Source: Octopus sinensis
Lineage: Eukaryota
DNA length: 18,361 bases
NCBI RefSeq assembly: GCF_006345805.1
Contig: NW_021824197.1
Span: 1 to 18,361, forward strand
Direction: 5' to 3'
The notes beneath the pieces are model-generated. The model searched no databases. It worked only from the letters and a program-made list of their open reading frames with translations, and was not told where the DNA came from. Every line of letters begins with the position of its first letter. Within the stretch, counting starts at the first letter, position 1. Shown one piece after another: positions 1-8,918 of this stretch. The position numbers were made by a program, and so were the translations under genes.

Positions 1-214
1 GTGTGTGTGTGTGTGTGTGTGTTAGGTTGTCAAGAAAGTTTTTGCGGAATTTTGAATTTTGGTATTAAATGATGTATTTTCAAATTACCTTCCGTTAAAT
101 TACTTTGATTTTATATATCATTTTAAAGCCCGTTTTATGCTACATCTAACCGTGTTACTCGTTTCCGTTTTGAATAATTAGGCCATATTTTGCGGAACCT
201 TTGAATACAACAGA

Positions 215-1474
215 GACAAAAAGCAAATTCTCACAATTTTCATATTCCAGTTCATATTCCAGTTCAATAAACAGAATCGACTCATTTTTGCCAACGTGAA
301 ACGAGTTTATTTATGCCAGTAGCATAAACATCCTGCCTTCTGGTGGCGATGAAGTCGTTGAAGGCGTGTTTGGTATCGTCTTGGTTTTTGAAGCATTTCT
401 CACGCAGGAAGTTGTCGAGATGCTTGAAAAAGTGGTAGTCGGTAGGCGAGAGGTCTGGTGAGTATGGCGGATGAGGCAGAGTTTCGTAGCCCAATTCGTT
501 GAAGCCGAAAAGCTGCTGAAACAACTCGTGATGTCAACGATACATTTGGCCCAGGAACCTCAAATGTACGTACAGCACAATGGTCTTCCTAGAAATTTTG
601 TAGCGGTGACGAGAGTTTTGTAGATGATAAGCATAGTGGTCGGCCATCGGATGTTGACAACGATCAACTAAGAATCTTAGTCGAAGCCAATCCACGCACG
701 ACTGTTCGAAAGCTTGCTTCTGAATTAGACGTAACGTTAACGACAATTTCCAAACACTTGAAAGAGATTGGAAAAACAAAAAATACTTAAGAAACGGGTG
801 CCGCACGAATTGAACGACAACCAAAAAAAGGCCGTTTCAATGTGTCGAGTTCCCTTCTTTTACACAACAAGAACGACCCGTTTCTCGACCGGATTGTGAC
901 TTACGATGTAAAGTAGATTTTTTAAGACAACCGGAGACGTTCAGCTCAATGGTTGGACGCCGGCGAAGCTCCACGGCACCTCCTGAAGCCAAAGTTGCAC
1001 CAAAAGAAGGTCATGGTGACTGTTTGGTGGTCTGCGGCCGGTCTCATCCATCACAGGTTTTTGGATTCAGGTGAAACCATTACGGTGAAGTACTGTCAGC
1101 AAATGGATGAAATGCTTAAGAAACTCCGACAACGACAGCCAGCATTGGTCAATAGAAAAGGACCAATACTTCTCCAAGACAACGCTCGGTTGCACATAGC
1201 ACAACTGACCGTGCAGAAGTTGAACGAATTGGGCTACGAAACTCTGCCTCATCCGCCATACTCACCAGACCTCTCGCCTACCGACTACCACTTTTTCAAG
1301 CATCTCGACAACTTCCTGCGTGAGAAATGCTTCAAAAACCAAGACGATGCCAAACACGCCTTCAACGACTTCATCGCCACCAGAAGGCAGGATGTTTATG
1401 CTACTGGCATAAATAAACTCGTTTCACGTTGGCAAAAATGAGTCGATTCTGTTGGTGTTTATTTCGATTACTAA
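215..1474 (+). pseudogene. Mariner transposase pseudogene (stops, frameshifts, internal insertion)
   Basis: Manual translation: DKKQILTIFIFQF (215-), insertion, RKAAETTRDVNDTFG...SGRPSDVDNDQLRILVEANPRTTVRKLASEL (HTH region), VPHEL, FLDRIVTYDVK* (D1), LLQDNARLH (D2), HPPYSPDLSPTDYHFF (D3), then premature TGA at 1439-1441 in WQK*VDSVGVYFDY* (natural stop 1472-1474). ORF 953..1441 is the longest open piece. Confidence 0.93.
270..500 (-). repeat. 231-bp inverted copy of 1223-1453 (3' transposase segment) inserted into the transposase N-terminus
   Basis: Base-by-base reverse-complement match with one mismatch (DDTKH vs DDAKH) and no indels. Explains ORF 282..524. Confidence 0.95.
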
Positions 1475-1531
1475 AGTTTTGTTTGAGCCGAGATGTGTGC
1501 ATCTGAATTTAAAGAACTTTCTTGACAACCT

Positions 1532-1562
<31 letters not shown>

Positions 1563-1566
<4 letters not shown>

Positions 1567-1775
1567 AATCCAAACAAGAAAACACAAAAAACAGCAACGC
1601 GGGGACGTGGAACAAATAAAGTATTATTGGACGCTCAGGAAAGAAGGAAAGAAGGAGGGTTTAACGTTTCGAGCGGAGCTCTTCGTCGGAAACAAAGGAG
1701 AAGGAAAGATCCCGAGAAAGAAGACAGAGGAAAAAAAATTGCTGGCGGTGCTCACGAGGTCACACACCACACCAC
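1563..1775 (-). mobile_element. Short microsatellite-flanked repeat carrying a hammerhead motif; probable Penelope-like terminal repeat (pLTR/UTR) remnant
   Basis: Bounded by (TA)n and (CA)n(TA)n, pyrimidine-rich on the minus strand, contains a minimal hammerhead motif. The PLE assignment is inferred from the known association of minimal hammerheads with PLE terminal repeats. Confidence 0.55.
1659..1693 (-). ncRNA. Minimal type I hammerhead ribozyme-like motif (U4C core, extra A after A9)
   Basis: Minus strand GUUU-CCGACGA-A-GAGC(UCC)GCUC-GAAA-CG-UU-AAAC: stem I GUUU/AAAC, stem II GAGC/GCUC, palindromic helix III ACGU, predicted cleavage after GUU. Confidence 0.65.
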
Positions 1776-1801
1776 ACACACACACATATATATATATATT
1801 C

Positions 1802-1846
<45 letters not shown>

Positions 1847-1847
1847 T

Positions 1848-2062
1848 AAATTGAGCAAAAACGCAATACAGGGCATTAAAACGTTCGGACAGATAGACGA
1901 TACAAAGGCGCACAAGAGAAACAACAATTAGAAAGACAGGCAAAAAAGACGGGTCGCTCGTGGCCTTCTTTCTTCAGTCAAGTACCAGTAGTCACGACAA
2001 TTTCGGGCAATAACACTTGAGATGGTTCGATCCGGTTGCCCCCCCAAAAAAGACTAAGCCAA
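1848..2062. mobile_element. Unclassified interspersed repeat, homologous to 18193-18361
   Basis: Shared blocks by eye: AACGCAA.ACA, AGACGATACA, GACGGGTC..TCG, TCAGTC.AGT.CCAG, CAATTTCGG, GAGAT.G.TC.A.TC.GG. Confidence 0.6.
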
Positions 2063-2064
2063 TG

Positions 2065-2327
2065 GCATTAGGAATATATGTATCTACGTGTATACATCTA
2101 TATATACAAATATAATTATATGTATATGAGTGTATACGCATACATACACATACACACGCACAGCCGCACACACGAACATACCTACACAAGCACACACGCA
2201 CCTATGCTGCAAATACAACGTACAAGAAAAAGCTATACACCAAACGCATATCGTATAGAGAGAAATATACACATATACAGTAATCTATACACATAGTGTG
2301 AGGGTGTATATAATTTCAAGTATGCAA

Positions 2328-2358
<31 letters not shown>

Positions 2359-2925
2359 TACGCGTTAATATATGTATGCTTATATAAGGCTGTATATGTA
2401 AATAACGTATATGATTTTATGTATGTATATATGAATGTATATGTACCTGTGTACGCTTGTATAGGCCTGAATGTATGTATATGTACGCATGTAGGCTTAT
2501 ACGACACAATGCACTAATACATCTATATATATATATATATATATTTGCGTACATGGGTGTGTACATATATATATGTGTGTGTTTGTGCGTGTGTGTGTGT
2601 ATAAATATGAGTGTATGCGCGTTTCTGTCTGTATGTGTCCCTGAACATTTATATAATTTCGTCTCTATTTTCTTGCGTGTATATGTGTGTATGTATGTAT
2701 GTAAATACATATGTTTGTATATATGTATGTATATATATACATATATATATACAAGTATGTATTTATATATTCAAAAATATGTATATATATATACATGTAT
2801 GTATATATATATATATATACACACACACATATATATATAGATTTATATATACATATATATATGTGTATATTTAAATATGCATATATAAATGTATACATAT
2901 ATGTATATAGATATCTATGTGTTTG

Positions 2926-2957
<32 letters not shown>

Positions 2958-2985
2958 CACACAAACACCCATACACACATACGCG
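2065..2985. repeat. Compound (TA)/(CA)/(TG) dinucleotide low-complexity tract
   Basis: Direct inspection; ORFs here are Y/I/C/V/M/H/T microsatellite translations. Confidence 0.95.
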
Positions 2986-3184
2986 TAACGGCATCCACCA
3001 TGCTATATACACCCAGGTCCCTAACCCTACCTTGTGGTAATTAATCCTTCAATTTCAGAATAATTCAATTAAAATTTCCCAAACTGACGTCAAAATATTC
3101 CGCCATAACATCTTTTTTCTAGGTTTTTGATTTTTTCGACTCTTAATTTCCCTAATTTTCGCATTTATATTCCCAATATTTAAG

Positions 3185-3566
3185 CATTATTATCCTTGTT
3201 GTTGCGGCTGCTGTTATTGTTATTATTATCATATTTTGTTGTTGTTGTTGTTGTTGTTCTGGTTGTGTTTATTGCTGTTATTAATAATAATAATAATAAT
3301 AACAATGGTCGTTCATGTGAGAGTTGATTGTATTGTTGTCGCCATCATCGTTATTATTATTGTTGTTGTTATTATTATGCCTATTATTATTACTATTATC
3401 ATTATCATTATCATTATTTTTATTATTATTGTTGGTGTTGTTTTTGTTGTTGTTGTTATTATTGTTATTATTATTATTGTTCTTCTTCGTCCTTTTCTTC
3501 TTCTTATTATTATTATTATTATCATTTTTATTATTATTATTATTATTATTGTTATTATTATCATTA

Positions 3567-3611
<45 letters not shown>

Positions 3612-4150
3612 GCATTATTATTGTTGTTGTTGTTCTTCTTCTTATTCTTTTTATTATCATTATTATTATTATTATTATCATTATTTTATTATTATTATTA
3701 TTACTATCATTATTATTGTTATTATTATTATTGTTATTATCGTTTTTATTATTATCATTATTATTTTCATTATTATAATCAATATTATTATTAGTAGTAG
3801 TAGGAGTATTGTTGTTGTTGCTATCATTATTATTATTATTGTTATTATTATCATTATTATCATCCTCATTATTATCATTATCATTATTATTATTATCATT
3901 ATTATTAATATTATTGTCGTTGTTGTTATTGCTATTGTTACTATTGTTGTTGTTGTTATTATTATTATTATAGTTGATGTTATCTTTTTGTGTTTTCATT
4001 ATAATAGTTATCGTTTTTATTAGTATTAACTTCATTGTTATTGCAGTTATTGTTATTGTTATTACTCATACATCATCATCATCGCCATCATCGTCATCAT
4101 CATCGTCATCATCATCGTCATCATCATCGTTTTCATCATCATCGTCATCA
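3185..4150. repeat. Compound trinucleotide tract (ATT/GTT/CTT/ATC)n
   Basis: Direct inspection; poly-I/L/Y/N ORFs. Confidence 0.95.
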
Positions 4151-4152
4151 TC

Positions 4153-4266
4153 TCTTGCCCCTACTTTCGTGCATTTTCCAATGAAGCCCTTTCGCTACCT
4201 GATCATGTCACAACAACTTGCAGTTGTTTGGGGCAATTCTAAGGCATTCGCTTGTGATATCGAAAA
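4153..4266 (-). mobile_element. Short fragment of an R4/Dong-like (RLE-type) non-LTR retrotransposon
   Basis: Minus-strand translation FDITSECLRIAPNNCKLL*HDQVAKGLHWKMHEK*G matches the HIxSxC...RHDxVAxxLHW segment that follows the CCHC knuckle in R2-group elements. Confidence 0.7.
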
Positions 4267-4287
4267 TTGTTGTTGTTATTATTATCA

Positions 4288-4340
<53 letters not shown>
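4267..4340. repeat. (ATT)n microsatellite, left boundary of the composite insertion
   Basis: Direct inspection. Confidence 0.95.
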
Positions 4341-4886
4341 GAGACAGAGAGCAGTGCATGCCATCAAAGTGACACTGGGGTAAAATATACGCAGCCCAGT
4401 ATACCCATCATGACCACCTGTCTGATAAGGGTACACCAGGCACATGCATCACAGCCATATGTGCACGATATGGTGATCTGATATCAAAATAAACAGCACA
4501 TGACCTTGCAGGTGGGGCCCAGTTAGAAATTTCTTCAGGTCGAGTAACCCATCCCACTCGAAAGGGGGTTGTTTAAGGATGTTGAACGAAACACCCATGT
4601 TTCCCAAAGATGAATTTTCCAAACCCCAAAGAATCTCTCTCAACACATGGCTATGATGCTCCCCCACTACTTCTGTTCGTGATCAGAGATGCACATATCG
4701 TCAGCCACTAAGGGACATGCTCAACTGATTAAGGTCAAACAACTGACAAGCAAATCTGTGGTATTGAGCAGAATATTTGCTGTAACCCATCTTTTATACC
4801 AAGACAAAACAATGTACATGATAATACTTCCAATCAGTTAAGATCAGAAGCCACGAGAGCCACTGCCTGGTACTGCATCAGGGCAT
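4341..4886 (-). mobile_element. ~546-bp non-coding interspersed element; parent of the satellite
   Basis: Starts exactly at the end of (ATT)n, ends at GCATCAGGGCAT, and its terminal 288 bp and 139 bp are re-copied downstream. No convincing ORF. I recall a similar (ATT)n-flanked dispersed repeat from octopus DNA (unverified). Orientation is inferred. Confidence 0.6.
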
Positions 4887-5175
4887 CGTTTCGAAAGGTG
4901 AATTATCCTGATCCCAAAGATTTCCTCTCAATACATGGCTATGATGCTCCTCCACTACTTCTGCTCATGATCAGAGATGCACATATTGTCAGCCACTAAG
5001 GGAAATGCTCAACTGGTTAAGGTCAAACAACTGACAAGCAAATCTGTGGTATTGAGCAGAATATTTGCTGTAGCCCATCTTTTATACCAAGACAAAATAA
5101 TGTACATGATAACACTTCCAATCAGTTAAGATCAAAAACCATGGGAGCTACTGCTTGGTACTGCATCAGGGCATT
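4884..5175. repeat. 288-bp direct re-copy of 4596-4886, ~9% diverged
   Basis: Junction at the CAT microhomology (4884-4886 vs 4596-4598); about 27 differences by manual count. Confidence 0.9.
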
Positions 5176-8100
5176 AGCAAATCTGTGGTATTGAGCAGAT
5201 ATTTGCTGTAGCCCATCTTTTATACCAAGACAAAATAATGTACATGATAACACTTCCAATCAGTTAAGATCAGAAGCCATGGGAGCTACTGCTTGGTACT
5301 GCATCAGGGCATTAGAAAATCTGTGGTATTGAGCAGAATATTTGCTGTAGCCCATCTTTTATACCAAGACAAAATAATATACATGATAACACTTCCAATC
5401 AGTTAAGATCAAAAACCATGGGAGCTACTGCTTGGTACTGCATCAGGGCATTAGAAAATCTGTGGTATTGAGCAGAATATTTGCTGTAGCCCATCTTTTA
5501 TACCAAGACAAAATAATGTACATGATAACACTTCCAATCAGTTAAGATCAAAAACCATGGGAGCTACTGCTTGGTACTGCATCAGGGCATTAGAAAATCT
5601 GTGGTATTGAGCAGAATATTTGCTGTAGCCATCTTTTATACCAAGACAAAATAATGTACATGATAACACTTCCATCAGTTAAGATCAAAAACCATGGGAG
5701 CTACTGCTTGGTACGCATCAGGGCATTAGAAAATCTGTGGTATTGAGCAGAATATTTGCTGTAGCCCATCTTTTATACCAAGACAAAATAATGTACATGA
5801 TAACACTTCCAATCAGTTAGATCAAAAACCATGGAGCTACTGCTTGGTACTGCATCAGGGCATTAGAAAATCTGTGGTATTGAGCAGAATATTTGCTGTA
5901 GCCCATCTTTTATACCAAGACAAAATAATGTACATGATAACACTTCCAATCAGTTAAGATCAAAAACCATGGGAGCTACTGCTTGGTACTGCATCAGGGC
6001 ATTAGAAAATCTGTGGTATTGAGCAGAATATTTGCTGTAGCCCATCTTTTATACCAAGACAAAATAATGTACATGATAACACTTCCAATCAGTTAAGATC
6101 AAAAACCATGGGAGCTACTGCTTGGTACTGCATCAGGGCATTAGAAAATCTGTGGTATTGAGCAGAATATTTGCTGTAGCCCATCTTTTATACCAAGACA
6201 AAACAATGTACATGATAACACTTCCAATCAGTTAAGATCAGAAGCCATGAGAGCCACTGCCTGGTACTGCATCAGGGCATTAGAAAATCTGTGGTATTGA
6301 GCAGAATATTTGCTGTAGCCCATCTTTTATACCAAGACAAAACAATGTACATGATAACACTTCCAATCAGTTAAGATCAGAAGCCATGAGAGCCACTGCC
6401 TGGTACTGCATCAGGGCATTAGAAAATCTGTGGTATTGAGCAGAATATTTGCTGTAGCCCATCTTTTATACCAAGACAAAACAATGTACATGATAACACT
6501 TCCAATCAGTTAAGATCAAAAACCATGGGAGCCACTGCCTGGTACTGCATCAGCGCATTAGAAAATCTGTGGTATTGAGCAGAATATTTGCTGTAGCCCA
6601 TCTTTTATACCAAGACAAAACAATGTACATGATAACACTTCCAATCAGTTAAGATCAAAAACCATGGGAGCCACTGCCTGGTACTGCATCAGGGCATTAG
6701 AAAATCTGTGGTATTGAGCAGAATATTTGCTGTAGCCCATCTTTTATACCAAGACAAAACAATGTACATAATATCACTTCCAACAATTAAGATCAGAAGC
6801 CATGGGAGCTACTGCTTGGTACTGCATCAGGGCATTAGAAAATCTGTGGTATTGAGCAGAATATTTGCTGTAGCCCATCTTTTATACCAAGACAAAATAA
6901 TGTACATGATAACACTTCCAATCAGTTAAGATCAAAAACCATGGGAGCCACTGCCTGGTACTGCATCAGGGCATTAGAAAATCTGTGGTATTGAGCAGAA
7001 TATTTGCTGTAGCCCATCTTTTATACCAAGACAAAACAATGTACATAATATCACTTCCAAACAATTAAGATCAGAAGCCATGGGAGCTACTGCTTGGTAC
7101 TGCATCAGGGCATTAGAAAATCTGTGGTATTGAGCAGAATATTTGCTGTAGCCCATCTTTTATACCAAGACAAAACAATGTACATAATATCACTTCCAAA
7201 CAATTAAGATCAGAAGCCATGGGAGCTACTGCTTGGTACTGCATCAGGGCATTAGAAAATCTGTGGTATTGAGCAGAATATTTGCTGTAGCCCATCTTTT
7301 ATACCAAGACAAAACAATGTACATAATATCACTTCCAAACAATTAAGATCAGAAGCCATGGGAGCTACTGCTTGGTACTGCATCAGGGCATTAGAAAATC
7401 TGTGGTATTGAGCAGAATATTTGCTGTAGCCCATCTTTTATACAAGACAATACAATGTACATAATACACTTCCAAACAATTAAGATCAGAAGCCATGGGA
7501 GCTACTGCTTGGTACTGCATCAGGGCATTAGAAAATCTGTGGTATTGAGCAGAATATTTGCTGTAGCCCATCTTTTATACCAAGACAAAACAATGTACAT
7601 AATATCACTTCCAAACAATTAAGATCAGAAGCCATGGGAGCTACTGCATGGTACTGCATCAGGGCATTAGAAAATCTGTGGTATTGAGCAGAATATTTGC
7701 TGTAGCCCATCTTTTATACCAAGACAATACAATGTACATGAAAACATTTCCAATCAGTTAAGATCAAAAACCATGGGAGCTACTGCTTGGTACTGCATCA
7801 GGGCATTAGAAAATCTGTGGTATTGAGCAGAAATATTGCTGTAGCCCATCTTTTATAACAAGACAAAACAATGTACATGATATCACTTCCAATCATTAAG
7901 ATCAAAAACCATGGGAGCTACTGCTTGGTACTGCATCAGGGCATTAGAAAATCTGTGGTATTGAGCAGAATATTTGCTGTAGCCTCTTTTATAACAAGAC
8001 AAAACAATGTACATGATATCACTTCCAATCAGTTAAGATCAAAAACCATGGGAGCTACTACTGCTTGGTACTGCATCAGGGCATTAGAAAATCTGTGGTA

Positions 8101-8890
8101 TTGAGCAGAATATTTGCTGTAGCCCATCTTTTATAACAAGACAAAACAATGTACATGATATCACTTCCAATCAGTTAAGATCAAAAACCATGGGAGCTAC
8201 TGCTTGGTACTGCATCAGGGCATTAGAAAATCTGTGGTATTGAGCAGAATATTTGCTGTAGCCCATCTTTTATAACAAGACAAAACAATGTACATGATAT
8301 CACTTCCAATCAGTTAAGATCAAAAACCATGGGAGCTACTGCTTGGTACTGCATCAGGGCATTAGAAAATCTGTGGTATTGAGCAGAATATTTGCTGTAG
8401 CCCATCTTTTATAACAAGACAAAACAATGTACATGATATCACTTCCAATCAGTTAAGATCAAAAACCATGGGAGCTACTGCTTGGTACTGCATCAGGGCA
8501 TTAGAAAATCTGTGGTATTGAGCAGAATATTTGCTGTAGCCCATCTTTTATACCAAGACAAAATAATGTACATGATAACTTCCAATCAGTTAAGATCAAA
8601 AACCATGGAGCTACTGCTTGGTACTGCATCAGGGCATTAGAAAATCTGTGGTATTGCAGAATATTTGCTGTAGCCCATCTTTTATACCAAGACAACAATG
8701 TACATGATAACACTTCCAATCAGTTAAGATCAAAAACCATGGGAGCTACTGCTTGGTACTGCATCAGGGCATTAGAAAATCTGTGGTATTGAGCAGAATA
8801 TTTGCTGTAGCCCATCTTTTATACCAAGACAAAACAATATACATGATAACACTTCCAATCAGTTAAGATCAAAAACCATGCTTGGTACTC
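5040..8890. repeat. Tandem satellite array, 139-bp monomer, 28 consecutive copies (last truncated)
   Basis: AAATCTGTGG starts at 5040, 5179, 5317, 5456, 5595, 5731, 5868, 6007, 6146 ... 8506, 8642, 8777 (spacing 135-140, mode 139). The monomer equals the terminal 139 bp of the 4341-4886 element. Confidence 0.97.
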
Positions 8891-8918
8891 TATGCTTGGT
8901 ACTCCATGCTTGGTACTC
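8877..8918. repeat. Three tandem copies of the 14-mer YATGCTTGGTACTC at the satellite/LINE junction
   Basis: 8877-8890, 8891-8904, 8905-8918; derived from satellite sequence CCATG|ggagctactg|CTTGGTACT with a 10-nt deletion between TG microhomologies. Confidence 0.92.

Larger units (their letters stand above)
22..1533 (+). mobile_element. Full-length decayed mariner DNA transposon (DD34D, cecropia/Hsmar1-like)
   Basis: 19-bp perfect TIRs TTAGGTTGTCAAGAAAGTT (22-40; reverse complement at 1515-1533), resembling the Hsmar1-type TTAGGTTG end. Transposase motifs lie between them. Removing the 231-bp internal insertion and a 12-bp duplication gives ~1.27 kb, typical mariner length. Confidence 0.95.

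Noticed and set aside
3019-3029. Telomeric CCCTAA repeat
   Set aside because: Fewer than two full units; not distinguishable from chance.
2078-4035. Long ORFs in dinucleotide and trinucleotide tracts (also 9598-10512, 12225-12798, 13334-13859, 17750-18134)
   Set aside because: Stop-poor microsatellite artefacts, except the short PLE C-terminal piece annotated at 12208-12404.
5040-5178. Ribozyme in the satellite monomer (retrozyme-like array)
   Set aside because: The minus strand has CTGATGC (no A9) and no correctly placed GAAA; I could not fold HDV-like or twister structures by eye. An Infernal/RNArobo search across monomer junctions would settle it.
6708-8719. Repeated small ORFs (MGYSKYSAQ..., MVLSRIFAV...) as a peptide gene family
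   Set aside because: By-products of satellite periodicity; 139 is not a multiple of 3, so frames close within about 1.3 monomers.
5600-8780. Scattered 1-3-bp deletions as real monomer variants
   Set aside because: Mostly private deletions clustered in a few monomers (5595-5867, 7396-7532, 8506-8776), often in homopolymers; this is the pattern expected of unpolished long-read error.
5040-8890. CRISPR array
   Set aside because: Whole 139-bp units are near-identical; there are no unique spacers and no cas genes, and the context is eukaryotic.
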